Assembly (NCBI GenBank): GCA_030704615.1
Contig: CM060734.1
Location: forward strand, 52,080,001-52,144,000
Direction of reading: 5' to 3'
Origin: Takakia lepidozioides
Taxonomy: Eukaryota; Plantae; Bryophyta
Length of the DNA: 64,000 bases
The position numbers and the translations under genes are program-made. Shown here one piece after another: positions 47,861 to 62,100 of the stretch. Under the pieces are notes generated by a model, which made no database searches, was not told the DNA's origin, and saw only the letters and a program-made list of their open reading frames with translations. Each line of letters opens with the position of its first letter. The first letter of the stretch is position 1.

Positions 47861-49976
47861 GAAAACTGCATGGCTTATTTCAAGGTCCTATGACTAATCT
47901 TTCCATCACAGCTGCATTTTGTTGCTTTTCTTCTTGACCTAGTCACCAACAACCTCCACAGTTTGTGGAGTTAAGTTCATGACTCTTGATAAAGATGTGT
48001 CAGTGTCACTCCTGACGACCGGTCAGTTTGCTCAGTTTGCTCTTAAAGTAACATTAGTGGCAGATAGTGGCATTTTACAGTGAGCCCCTCACAATGGTAG
48101 TGACTGTTCTCTCTTGTTCCATCCAAACGGGGGGTGGGGTCTATGCCACCGCAAACTTCTTCTGAATACACCTCCTTTCTCCCTGCCTTCTCTGCTTCCC
48201 TTTCTGATGTTCGATGGCAAAGATTTCTTCTACGCAAAATTTGCACTGAATTACCGTCCAGTCTAGTGCTCTCGAATCTAGGTGTTTGATTGCAATATCT
48301 TCATGGGTGCATGTTCAAATACAGGTCTACAAGTTGGTGGTGATTGTGAGAGGGTTATTGCACCGCTCTGGCAGAGGCGTTCGTAGGTAGATTGACATTT
48401 AGAAAGAGCAGGCAGTGGTATGCCCTGAACGCTTCAAGATGAGTGGTTTACATTATGAGGTCCTACTTGGGACTCGCTCAATCATGCATAATCTGCTGGG
48501 ATACACGAGCTGGTTTCTTTCTCAAAAATAGCATTTTCGCTTCGCTTTGCATAGTATCAGTGGAAAGGTGTGGGTTTAAGTGTCGAAGATGGATGTGTAC
48601 AATGAACAGAATCAGTTCAGAAAGGTTTCCACAGCTGAGAACTGTTGGTTTTTGGCATTCAGGTGATAAATTTTATGATGTGTCTATTTTTCCAAGGTAG
48701 ATCATTCCAACAGTTTGGTGCGATGTTTGTGTGAAGTTTATGTACTCTGGCACCGATTGACTGTATGTATTTCACTCACTGAATTTTACTCGACCGGTTT
48801 TGCCCCATCTATTTAAGAATCATTGTGCCACATGAATTATGGGATCAACAGTAGTGTGCACCGCCTGTGCAATGGAGATGATCCTTGCTGGACATGTGGG
48901 AGTGCTACGGGAAGAAGCGGGCTGCAAATGATTCATGAATGCAAGAAGCAGCAGAGAGGACTGACCAACTGTGTTGTAAGCCTCCTCTTGTCAGCCTTCT
49001 GTGGCTTCCACCTTTTTAAGTAGATGCATGATGAGTAGGAAAATGACAGTGGAAAAGATTGTAGCAATTCAAGTCTCTACTGCTTCCTTCAGTAGTGCAG
49101 CCTCCATCCCCAAACCAATCCTTTCAGTTGTTTCTTTCCTCCTCCATTTAAGATTCTCTGTTACAGAGACCCTGATTGAACATCCCAAGTAAAGCTGCAA
49201 CCAGGTTTAAGTGAGAAGGGTTTACTATGTGATGTGCATATTGTCATCCTGCATCGAGTGTTTGCTCCTCCAAAATGTTTCCACTTCAAGACAAACAATC
49301 TGGGGGAGAAGTTATTTTAGTTGGGGTGCAAGAATTCCTAGTATTTCAACAGAGTAACCATCAATCATGTGCATGAACTTTTCCAGCTTCGATACATTCT
49401 GTTCATGACACTCAAACTTCCTCACTGGAAGATCTGTTCATAGATCTCATAACCCTCAATTCCATAGTGCACACATGCAAACCCATACCGCAGCTGTGGG
49501 CACAGAAGTTTCTTCAGTTAGGATTCTGCTTTTCTAGTTCGACTCACTGAAGCCCTGAAGAACTCCTTTATTGCGAACCTAAAATAGGTGTGTATATCTT
49601 TTGAGTCTCTTCAATTATGAATACGTCAGGAAGACAGATGCAACTGCAGCACAAAGGGTGTCTGTTTGGCTTTTGGATCCCACAGATGATAGTATCGCCA
49701 TAATGTGCAACTATTCTCTGCATTTAGAACAGTAACCTCAACTCCTTTCAGATATGAAGCCCACATGCAACTTAGAGAGACCATTTGTAGCAAACAACAC
49801 TAATTTCAAAGGCATGGTAATGAACTGCAGCCAAAAGATACCAACCTTGACTTCTTACTAGAAGTACAGAAAACTGATCCCTTTACACTTGCCCCCCCAT
49901 AATATTATATACAAAGTTGGTGACCATTGACTCCTCTCGCATTCTCCAGTTGCAGTACTACAGGCTATCCCCTACA

Positions 49977-52900
49977 TCAGAAGTAAATTTGACGGCATTG
50001 AGAAGTTGTAGTCTCAGATGGGCAATAAGGGCACTTGAATGTACGTGAATTGCCCTTGGCGAGCTTATGGATTGATTGCTTGCACAATACATGGCCACAA
50101 GGCATCAGCATGGGAGGATTCTCGGCAGTGCTCTGGTCGCGTGATACAGGACAAGCAAATATGGAGTGAAACTGGTATGCTTTGTCTACTTCAATTTCAA
50201 CCGGTAACTGCTTCATTGTTTGCCACTCCTGCCAAAGGTCAAAAGAATCACTCTCATCATTGTCGCTGATAACAGCCATCTCAACTCCAATTGGAAACAT
50301 TCCATTTCAACATCCTTTGCAGAGATCTTGCAAGCGGATAGTTATAACCTACTGGCTAACCCATTGGCCTTAATTGAAGGGTTGATTTTCACAAATACCA
50401 TTGGACACATTTGATAGGGGATTGTAGATAAACAAGAGAGAATGCACTCATAAGACGTTCTTTGCCATAGCCTTGTGGCCATAGACCCCGCCCCCAGTTT
50501 ACATGGAGCAAGAGGAAGTTTGTGAGGGGCTCACTCAAGTAGTTTGGGCTTTCCAAATATCCTCTAGAAAGCCCTTCGGACAAGCACCAATCTGCTGTGT
50601 GGGCTGCCCAACAATTAGACCCCGACAGGGTCAGGGATTTAGGCTCAGCCTCAAGATTTTGAAGGTTGGTGAACAGAGTGGCAGGGACTATGATCTTAGA
50701 TGGTCCTGGAGAGGGTCGCTCTCTGATGAGAATTCCCCAGACATTGTTCCAGAAAATGGATATCGTCTTCCAGGACAATCTACCTTATAAACAGAGCGAG
50801 CGAGAAAAGAGAATTAGACAATAGATCTTGCCCCTAGCCTTTGGCCAATGATCTGAAGAATGCAGATAGGGTGAAGGGAGGCAACCCTTGGGCTGGGAGA
50901 AGAGACTCAAATGGAGGGACAACCAGCACTAAGTGGAAATTCAGTTCATTCTCTCCTTGCACAAAGTCCTTTTATAGTCATTCCTTAACATGCATGCGCA
51001 TTGCCTCAAAGGGCAGTGCAGTTCGTTTCTTCCTTATAGATGTTAGACTGACAGATGCTGACCTGCTTTTTGTTTGCCATCATCACTGAGGCCAGCTTTA
51101 TCAAAGTTGGGAGTGCCTGCGATCCAGCTGACACCGTTACATGTAACGGGCTTTCATACGCTTGGCCCAGAAGGTTGCAACACTCCCTTGTGAACTCCAG
51201 AGCAACCACATCCCACTGTGATGGCGCCAGCAAATCTGAGTAAGGGGAAGTCTCAAGGCGGCCAGCCCAGAGGAGGCAACCCATTAGCCTTTGTATCTCT
51301 GCCATGTGCCGAGCTGCAAATGGGCCAAAGGCACCCCTTGCATACTGGAGTGCCTGTGCACGTCCCTCCTTGTGTAGCACATGCACAAACTGTAGCTGGT
51401 GAAGCTGAAACTCAAGCGATGATCCCTGCTCATTTTAGAGGTCACATGTCAAGAGATTTCTTCAATCTACAGATCATTAGGTAAGGGTGTTAGGCATTTA
51501 CATTGTCACCACCTTGCCCATAAGAGCAAGGTCTTGCAAAAGACCTTAAGGGACAAGCTGGAGAGAAACATTTCGTGAAGTTCAAAAGTTGTTGTTGCTA
51601 ACTTCGTAACTAACAAACCTAAAGTGGCAAGACAAGACTTCCGTTGAAAGAGCTATTGTCACTTGCGGTAAGACAATAATTTAAACTAGTTTGTGTACCT
51701 AGAGAAGTATAGTATAATGTTAAGTATAGGACCTCCCATTGCTCATAAACAAGTGGAGACCTAGCGACTACGTGCACAGTGCACATATGCAATTTATACA
51801 TTCTTCAGGTGTTGAACAGACACAAGTCTACTACAGCAAGTGCACACATCTAAGCAAAGTGTTGCTTTATACAACACTCTCCCACTCAAGGTTGAAACAT
51901 GCCCAGGCCCATGTGACACACATGGACAATTAAACATGAAACGTGCAAGAGATAAATTAAAAGCTATACCTTATTTTGCAGCACAAGTCGATTTTTTCTT
52001 GCCCAATCAAGCGCTGATTGCAAATTCTTGGACCGTAATTGCTCCAAAGTTTGGTACATTTCATAAAATGGAGTCTTAAGGGTTGCCGCATCAGATTCGT
52101 GAGTCTCGTCCACAAAGCTATCACCCAGATCAAACAGGCCTTGCCGGTAGAAATGCAGTGCAATAATTTGGTTCAGTAGATGACAATCAAATTCAACTTC
52201 TCTGTATGCCTTTGCTATGTCTGAAGAGAATGCCTTGTCCAACATTTTTCCGTATTTACTCACAGCTAGGTTCACCTCCTTTTGAGACGCCCCAACCTGC
52301 AAAGAAAGAGGCGCAAATTAAACACTACTTGACTGTCATGATGTAGCACAGTTGTCATCCTTGTTAGTTCGCCATACACTCAGTTTTCTATTGCCATCCT
52401 TCCAGGGCATGGTTTCTACCTCATTCACTGATGGCTAATGCATGGGCATAGCTATATTATTTCTCCTAGTGTAACCATTGAGTGATAGAGAGAGGGAGGA
52501 TGTTGCTTGGAATGTGAAGGTTAGGGCTCGTGGCAAATGACAGAATGACAACTAATGGTGCCTAACCTGCTCGCCCATCCCCCACATTACTCCCTGTTGC
52601 TCTGAAATTACCGAGCAATATCAACAATGAAACTGTGGTGAAAGCTCACAGGCCATCATGGGCATTGGCAAAACGCTGGTGGACGATGTGCCATCGCTTG
52701 AGGTGCCAAACTCAAATAGCTTGGCAATTCACACTGTGACTGTAAAGTCACACTTCTGTGAGTCATGCTTCCAGAACCCCTAACCAATATTAGAGACTGT
52801 CGCAATTAAGTGTTGCACGATTAGGACTCTTGCCGATTCCAGCAGCAGTTCACCTCTTTCAGATTGCCTCACCAGGAAATAAAACACTTGGTACACGTTT

Positions 52901-53290
52901 AGGGGCTCCTGATCCTAGTCCACTAGTCAAAACACCGGCAAATCTTGTCTATATCGTCGTATATTTGTAGCATTTAAACCGATATGGGAGTACGGTAAAA
53001 TCTTGGACCCCGATTGAAATAAATGACACCCCCTCTTTCCAAATTTTGTAAGGTTTGTTTCCAAAGAATTTCACCTGATTTGATGGCCCAATCTCCGTCA
53101 ATCTCCCGTGCAAGTCTGTAAGTAAAGCCTTTTGGTTCGCCACTGACCACTCTGAAAGCTCAAGGACCTGCTTTGCCGCTAACTCAATCTCCTGAAGCAT
53201 TTTGTCAATGACATCTTGTGTCTTCGAATAGGATACCTTCTGCTTTTTGGATACACGGTCAAATGCGTCCCGAATAGAGGTTAAATCCAT
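49977..53290 (-). CDS. RMD5: RMD5/GID2 (RMND5) homologue, copy B
   Basis: Exons 53290-53075, 52296-51970, 51425-51063, 50228-49977 give 385 aa plus stop. Same intron positions and domains as copy A. Confidence 0.95.
50435..50790 (-). mobile_element. Non-LTR element 3' fragment in RMD5-B intron 3
   Basis: Reverse complement reads LFTNLQNLEAEPK... and ends ggccacaaggctatggcaaagaacgtcttatgagtgcattctctc. Confidence 0.8.
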
Positions 53291-54811
53291 GCTGACAAGC
53301 TCCTTCCTTCCAAGTTAACTTTTTCCGCTGTATTTCCCCTGCTTTCCCTCCAACCTTCGCTGCTCTTGCCAAAAAATGACACTCTCGAGAAATCCTCCTT
53401 ACTATCTCTCTATCACCATAGTCAAGAGAGATTCTTTCCTTCACAATTTCTTCTCTCCAATCCCTTATCTAGGTAGACTTGTTACTCCTCTTAGCCCTCC
53501 TCTTGGTTTGTCTCTTCACACTCTCTCGCTAATCCTCTCTATCTCTTCATTCCTTCGTCTTCTATCTCTGTCCCACGCATCTCCTAACCCGTCCAGCGCA
53601 CTCTGAGCCTCCCTAATTTATAATTCACTCGTTTTCAGTTCATTGCTCCTTACTCTCGCCCACACCCCTCTCTCCGTTTATCTCCCTTCTCCTTTCAATC
53701 CTTACTCTCAGCAGCTTGACCACTACCTATTCAAGTTCTTTGTCCCTCAAGCTGTTACCCGTCAGCAAGCCCTCGAAACCTCTCTACTTTTGGTGTCGAA
53801 TCGTCTCTCTACATCCAACTCTCTCTCCTCTCGTTCTATCTGGTCTGCAAACTATCTCATCCCAACCTCCATATACTCTATACACACGATTGCTTACGAC
53901 CATCTACTCGAGGTGCTCTGGCAGCTCTGCCTTCCTCACACACTCGTCGACTAGTCCCGTTGGGCACTCCATGACCTTACCCTCAAGCTAAGCAAGCACC
54001 CCAATTTAGACTTGCCTGAAAGTTCCTCTAGGGTTTCCTCAATCTGAGAAGGAAGTATTCCACTGTAAACAATGCCAGGCTGTCTGCCCCCCGACGCACA
54101 TTCTGCATGGAATGTCGCCAACTAATGCCTTCTCGGCCTAGAATATCGTCAGACGATGCAGATTCCGCTTGGGATGTCCAGGAGCGGCGCATCTTGAGTC
54201 ATAGGAATCGGGAATCTTGTCTTTTTGTGTACTTTAGTCTTGTCGCAAGCGTGGAATGGACTGCCTGTTGCCCATTCTTCCCGAGGCACCGGTTGCTCGT
54301 GCGGGACTGCATGTCTAGACAGTTGGAGATGTGAACCCGAGGTCACATTGCTAACTAGTCTGCAAAACAGCTGCGTGCTCGAGGCAGTACATACGTTGCT
54401 CTTAACTGCCTAATAACCGGATTGTGGTGTTCAGTTGAGAGTGGATGCATGGGAACCTTACAGTTGAAGCTGCGTTGCTATAACCTGCAGCCCCACCATC
54501 GCTACACCTGTTTGTCTGTCTGGCCTAGAGCTCTCCACACTGAAAATCTTATGTGATCTGGTGGCGTCTGTGTTTTGGAGTTGTTGTTCTGGTTGTTGGA
54601 GTGTGATGGTTCAGGTGCCGAAGACCTCCGAGAATGCTAAATGAACATGTAACCTGTTTTCTGTGGCCTGTCTCTCTTCTTCCCCTTCGACAGGACGAAC
54701 AGTCTATTGTATGCATCGCTTTCCCAACGCTAACGCAAATTAGTTCATTATATACCGATCTCAACTGGTCCCTTTCCTCTGGGCAATCAATCCCTTATTT
54801 TCCCTCCCCCC

Positions 54812-54849
<38 letters not shown>

Positions 54850-54854
<5 letters not shown>

Positions 54855-55486
54855 AGAGGCTGTAGTGTCCAAAGCCATGTCTGTTGCCATGAGATTGTCT
54901 GATGAAAATGAAGTTAGGCAGAAAACTTCCCTGAACTTGTTTCCAGTCAGTGACGTGGGGGAGGACATCTTGGATGACCTCAAGGGTCTACCCACTCTCG
55001 GCACTAGACTGAAATTTAAACTCAGGGCAGGAAGCCTACCTTTGAACAGCAAACAGAAGCAGAGAGGAAAGGGAGAGTGCAATTGCCCGTTGTGTGGGCA
55101 ATCTGAAGACAGTATTCATTTTCTGATACACTGTCCGGGGTTCGCTCACCAAAGAGACGCTCTCTTCAACTCTATCAAGGGAATTGTGCCTGTACCCCTG
55201 TTTACCAACTTTGAAAGTCTCGAGGCTGAGCCAAAAGCCCAGGCCCTCCTGAGGCCTAGTTTTTGGGCAAATCACACACAGCAGATTGATGCTTGTGTGA
55301 AGGGATTTCTAGAGGATATCTGGAAAACCCGGATTAATTCTTTATATGAAGGTAAGTCTTACTACCAACGTCAGCCCCTGACAGAGGTAGGTTCTGTTCC
55401 TTTTGTTCCCGCTCAAACTGGGCGCGGGGTCAATGGCCACAAGGCAAACAACGTCTTATGAGTACAATCTCTCTCTCTCTCTCTCT
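54850..55486 (+). mobile_element. Non-LTR element 3' portion with intact CCHC zinc finger, flanked by (CT)n on both sides
   Basis: Open frame ...KLRAGSLPLN...CPLCGQSEDSIHFLIHCPGFAHQR...; (CT)n at 54813-54849 and 55468-55486. Confidence 0.9.
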
Positions 55487-55493
55487 ATCTGTA

Positions 55494-55533
55494 GCTTTCC
55501 GCGGACGTTATAAAGCACCATTTCATTTCATTT
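55494..55533 (+). mobile_element. Short repeat ending in (CATTT)n; probable 3' end of a second retroposon family
   Basis: agctttccgcggacgttataaagcaccatttcatttcattt. Near-identical inverted copy at 61941-61982; diverged copies near 62407-62450 (+) and 63746-63780 (-). Confidence 0.65.
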
Positions 55534-58500
55534 CTCTCTCAAACATACACATACAGTTCTTTCCTGTACTCATTGTCAATCTGTGAAATCGAAGTTGCAA
55601 GCGAATCTTCAGCAATCAGAGGAAGGGATTCCGTCAAGGATTGTTGTGGTAAACCGAAATTAAGAGCAAGGTTGCCTTAAAGATGCATATGTTTAGACAA
55701 AATCAAGCTTATGATGAAGTAATTGTGCCCATGCAAGAGTGATGACATATGCTAGCGTTTGTAACGTAGTGCTCAGCCACTGTATAAAACGGCTACATAT
55801 AGTTTTAGCGAATAGGTGCAAGTGCAAACGGACTAATCTTTGGATAGGTAGTGAAATGTAAGCTACAGATGAGACATACGTAGCAAAGTGTCAGGCAATG
55901 CCGTGCATTCTACAGCTGAGTGTTACATTTCAGCTGCACTCGGCCGACGTGAAACCAAGCAGTCTGTGAAACAGCTTGATTTCTTGAAGAATTCTTGCCT
56001 TTAGCAGTATGCGCACCTTACGAAAATTGCTTCACCATGGTCGTTAGGCCGATTGAACGCAAGCCACAGAGCTTGTTGCGGTAATGCTATTGGTGTTTGT
56101 TCTCTGCCAGGGAAACTTCATATCCCTTGATTAGCAGTTGAATACAAATCCATCAACAAAATGCTGTGCATTTGGTCTCGGATTATCTCACAGCTATCAC
56201 CTAAACTTTTCAATAAGTGGTTAACTCGAGGTCTGTCTGCAGATTGTTTTAGGAAGTTCTTGGCCATCTACTGCAAACTTCGTATAGTTTCCAGTTTCTA
56301 CACCTCATATGTGATACGGGCCGTTTACTTCATTTGTCCACGTTACTCTTAGAGGACGGCGCCGCATGTGATGCAAAGGATTCTGACCATCATTTCACAG
56401 AACGGTTCCTTCCTGGTTATAATAATATCGTCTCATCCATCCAGTAGCTGTTTTCGTGACTACAATTTACGGCCTGAATGTAGAGATATGCACTCCCTCC
56501 TTCTTCAATTATCGCAATGACAGGGTAGAAAATCTTACCAGCCTGTATACTGAGCATCTGAGTACAACGATCGCAGATTCGTGGGAGAAACTGGAGCAGC
56601 TGACCTACAAGATGTACTCATGTACAAGGCATGAGACTGCTTGTATCTGTGGTATGGTCTCTGCTGTAGCAATTTCGCACTCGGGAAGGTGAAGATTGAA
56701 GCAGGAGTCTCCCATAGGGAAGAGACAAAGAGACTGATGGGAAGTGAAGATGGACTTAAGACCAAAATTGGCACTAAGAAAGGGATTCACAAAGTCGAAG
56801 AACAACTTGATTCAATGTCACCATTTGATGTCCCTCTAAGATTGAGAGTCAAATGCAGCCCTTCTGTGGAACAGCTCTCGACCTACCTCTGTAGCCCTGG
56901 TCTGGATTTCCCTCCCTTCTTCGACTCTCCATCTGCCTAGGCCCCTTTTACTCCATGTAATGCGGAAATCACCTCGGATCCAGACAAAAAGAGAATTAAT
57001 TAAGATAAAGACTAGTAAACTCTTTCTTCCTGTAAATCCTTGGATTGTATCTGGTTGAGTGACTTTATTCATTCTCTATTCCTAATCAGGATCTGTCACC
57101 CTGAGCTCACTTAATGATGTTCCTGCTTTTACTTTTCCCTCGTTTGATCCCTCCCTCTTATGTTTCATTATTTCTCTGTATTTTTCTTGTCTACTATGCA
57201 TGCTGTATGGTCTCCTCATTGAAAGAAGGCTGATGGAAAAGTATCTGGCTGGACTCCCCAGTGAGGAAGGATGAATGCAAACTATGTGCTATCAATGAAG
57301 AGGAAGAGCCCCTCCTCCGACGAGGGCCACCCTCACCACCAGCTTTTGAGGTCCGACCATACTCCTTTACTTGTCTGTGAGATAATTTCAGCCCTTCTGT
57401 TCCTCTATTGCATGCAATGCTGTGACTCTCATGCTGAAAGATGCCAAGGAAAGATTATTTAATGGTACCCCAGCTTGGGTGGTTAGGCTAAGTGAATTGA
57501 GTAGCTCTATGACTCCAAGATCTCAAGGACCATTGTATCAGAGGAGTATGCCCTTAAAACGATATCCATGCTACAATGATATTTGTCTAATGTGATGGCT
57601 GGCCATAGGAGGCTGGAGGTAACTCACAAGGGGAAGAACAACCAAAGTTGGCTACTCCTCAGAGGAAAAGAGTGCGTTCTCTTTCAGGTACATCAGCTGT
57701 GCACTTTCTTTTGTGTCCTTGATGAGAGGGATAGAGAAGCAAAAGCAGCGTAAATGTGTGGGTCTCAAGGAAAGCAATAATTACTCAAGAGTCCTTGTTA
57801 ATTCCCTGTTCTAAAATGCATGCGTGTGTTTTGCTGGCTATATGACCAGGTTTGGTTGTAAGCAACGACTTTTTCATACCCCGGCCACTAACTGCCACTG
57901 GAGGACCCTCTCCCTCATCTTCAGGAAGGTGAACAAACATGTCCACATAGTCTGCCTTGGCCATCAGCACAAAAGCATCCTGAAATTTTTCAGCACTAAG
58001 CTGATACTCGCAGAGAAATGAAATGGGATATATGATGTGGAATATCCAGCCCTACTTGCTATATCTATTGTCAGCATAGTCTGCACTGTCGTTTTGAACC
58101 TGTATGAACTGGATCAATTGGTAAGGATGAATTGAAGAAAACTGACACTTAGTTGGCATTGATGGCAGAGACACACCACTGCCACAAAGCCCAAGGAAGG
58201 AGATCCTTCCCGACAGTTTACGGAAGCAATATACTGCAAATCTCTCCACAAAGGTTCCCATTATGACTTTGCTACCCCCGCAGTTCCAGCCTATGTGTTG
58301 GCATGTTAATGCTATTGGGAACTTGGAAATTGAATATATTTCCAAATACAATCTGATAGAAGGAAAAATATACATGGAACACATGAGCTAGGTCATGTCC
58401 CCTCACTGCCTGGAGGAGTGATTCTTCAAAGGGTAGATTCTAGCGGATAGTATGATTATTTTAGACATCACCGTAAGCCAAATGTGCGCAATGAAACGAT

Positions 58501-59159
58501 TTGAGGTTTCTTCTCAGGATGAAATGCAAGCTATTATGGAATGCATGTACAGTGGACGCATTAAAATATTGCAGTCACCACACCAGAAAATCACAGTGGA
58601 GATGTGTTGGTACCTGTGAATGCAGCGGCCATCTGATGTAGGGAAGAAGGCAAACTGGGCTGGTGGTTTTATGGAAAGAGCAATAAAGGTGAAGGAACGA
58701 TGTGCTGGTCACAGACTGCTGCAGAAATCCTATCCGGGAGACAGGAAGTTTTGGGGCTTGACAGATGGCGGGTTCAAAGAAAGGGTGACAACGGTGTGAT
58801 CTCTAATGCCTGAATTGCATACAAGCTTTCTAATTAAATTTCTCGCTAGCAATTGTTCCTGTGACCCATAGCATGGACTAATGTGGGGTAATTAGTTTTT
58901 CTCTTCAACCTTCTGATGTCACATGCAAGTTGTCACTGGGGATTCAAGTGCAATCTTACGACGGTCATCCGACTCCACTTCTCGGTCTTACTCCATACAC
59001 GCCGGTATGCATGTAATCTAGTCTGATTGCTGCAATCCCAAAACACAATATACCCTCATGTCTAGGTCAGGGTTTACATGACAAAACCTGCCAGCTAACT
59101 GCATCTCATTGTGAAAGACAGATATGGGATATTTGTGTTTCTGTGGATTGAAAATGCAG

Positions 59160-62100
59160 GATCTGGAGAAAAAGCTTTTAGAGCAAGGCTTGGCGCCAGT
59201 TTATCACGCCGACAAGAGTCCTAGCATGCAAGCATCCAAGATTCTGGGAAGTATGATTGCAGATCGGCGTGTGTTTCTCATCCATCCCGGACCCCAAGGC
59301 TGTGGCCCTGTTGAATGCCACATTCGGCGCCACGTCAAGGCAAACTGGTTGTTCCCGAGGTGACACTCTGCATCTCACTCTTTCTATGCCGTTTGTAGCT
59401 GTGCTGTTGAAGTCTTCTGGGCTGCATGTAAACCAGAGTTACTTCTTCTTCCTCTCGTAATCCTAGGTATTCACAGAAGGATGTCGCTAGAAGAAGGTCA
59501 CAATTTGCAGTACTGTTGGTGTCTCCTGATTTACTCAAGGCATGGAATTTGAAATAAAACACAATGTCAGAGAATGATTGGTATCCCATTTTGGAACGCT
59601 CTGTAACATTTTTGCTTTAGTTTCAGCAAAGTTGAAACTCATTCAAACAAATAGGAATTGCTCTAGTCCGGGTAGCTTCTATCAAAGCAGTGTAAAGCTC
59701 CATGTATGTAATTGCTCTAGTATTTTGTGCAGTCATGCCTCAACTACTTTTGGCACTTGCAAAGACAGATACAGATTGCACTTGTCTGAGGGCGATCAAT
59801 TCCTTCTATCTGCAAGAAAGCGGAAGAAAAGCAAGAGCAGCTATATCATATCTCTGGATGAAGAGGACATTTCAAAGCATACTGCCAACTATTTTGGAAA
59901 GGTTTGTTCCTGACTCCTGTGGCATTAGCATACATTATTAGAGCTGCACTTGGTAGTCTCTACTGGATGTAGCTGCGTGGAAATAACAAGGCCCCTTGAC
60001 ACTCTTAAGAGGACAATGCCATTGAGAAAGACCATTGTTCGTCTATTATATTGGACTTGAAGCACTGAACCTCTCCAGGTTCTGAAAAATGGAGCCAATT
60101 TGAAGAGGTTCATCATTGCTTCAAACTGTTGGGGTGCCACATTTCAAATACAGGACAGCCATATCATGGGGGGACACAATTCAGCTACAGTGAAAGGAAG
60201 AAAGTTCCTTTACAACCAGCCACCACAACCATAAAAGCTAGAATTCAACTTCGAGAGGGCAACGAGGGTGATGTGGGGAGATAAAAAGATATTATGGTCT
60301 CTCAAAGGACCTTGGGCTATGAATAGTGCCTGACATTATAACGGCACTCTTTAAGATTTTGGAAGGATGATGTGCAGTTGCGATCAAATTTCATAGGATC
60401 TGAGTTCTGGTTCTATGACAAAGGAGCACCCCCAACAGCAGCTGGAAACGGGTCAGTTGCACATCTATCCATCTATTAGGACATGATGTGGACTGCACAA
60501 CATGTGAGAATGGTAGAAAGAGACAAAAAATAGAGAAAATGCGTTGAGACTAGTCCTGCTGTGAAGAACATTCTTATGGTGGAAGTTTGATGGTGTGCAG
60601 TCGTATACTGGTGAATGAGAGGGTGGAGCTGGGTGCTGTCAAGTATCACTACAATGTTCTTGGACTGGGAGGACCACGCAAAATGAGCGCCATCATACCT
60701 TGTCTTGAAGCAGATAACAAGCCCCATGTATTTGCGCCAAGATCGGATGGATCCCATGTGATTTGGGACACTTTCAAGAAGGGTCAAGATCGAGAGAAGA
60801 TGATTGTAATGCAAAACAAGCAACCCAATTGGAACAATGAGGTCAAAGTTCTCCCATTGAAGTTGCACAAAGGTAGACTAGAAAAAGAAATTTCCTATCT
60901 TTGGCTGAGAAAGAAAGAAAAAACTTCATAACATGCACAGAGGGCCATGGCTGAGAGACGAAATTATACTGGTCAAATAATTGTGATGAGGTAAACGTGA
61001 CTCAGAGAATTCAACATTTTTTAACGTCTGCAGCCACTGGTACAATGATCAGGGTAGTATGCAGGCTAGTTTTGCTTCCAGCTCTAGCCTAGTTATCCAT
61101 GGCTGCCTCTACCATGTATCTAGGAGATGAATCATGACATTGTCATTTATTGTTAAGGTTGGTGTGAACTCTCACAAGTCCTTTTTTGTGTCTCTGTCGT
61201 ATGCTGAAAACAACATCTTGTTAGTATAATGGTTGGCAGCGAGTCTTGTTTGTTTCTGATGATGATATTTGTCCATGTGGTCTGGCAGCTAGGTGCTTAT
61301 TGCCTCGATTTCGATGGTCGTGTTACAAAACCCTCTGTCAAAAACTTTCAGGTACTAAGCGTGGCACTTCCTCGTTTTTGTTGGTAGGATGCACTTTTGC
61401 TTATTTTAGGAGTGGGAGATAATACTGTCAAATATGATCAGAACACAAATGTCCTGCTTTAATGAAACTCAATCTGCATATCTTACAGCACATCTTTGAC
61501 GTCCACCAACACGAATCAAGTTTGAGGTCAAGAAGTAGCCTAAGCATAATGTGTCAAAGAAAGCAAATTGCTACTCTACCTATACAGATCACTGACAAAA
61601 GGTTATATGTTTGGTACAGTTGGTTGCAGACACCGATAAAAACTACATTATTCTCCAGTTTGGTAAGGCAAGTTATGACCTCTATAGAAGAAGCTGACAG
61701 TAGTTGGTTCTTCCATATTGCACCTTGAGTAGTAGGAAGGTTCTGTGAGTTCTCCACTGTAGGTCTTACTTCCTCCCACCGTGTTATGCTAAAGGGCCAT
61801 TGCAAGGGTGCAGATTGGGAGGAATCTATTCACAATGGATTATCAGCACCCTATGTCTGCTTTGCAGGTATGTGTGCCCACCTACTTCACTGTCTATCTG
61901 TTTTTCATGGGAGAGACACAATTGGAAGTGGTACATAAACGAAATGAAATGAAATGGTGCTTTATAACGTCCGCGGAAAGCTCATAGAGCTTATGGGACA
62001 AAATGGAAGAACATGAGAGAGGAACAAAACCAGAAACCACAATTAATGTTCTAGCGATTGTCTAAGGGTGAAGGCCTCGTGCAGGTAGGTTGCCAAGCAT

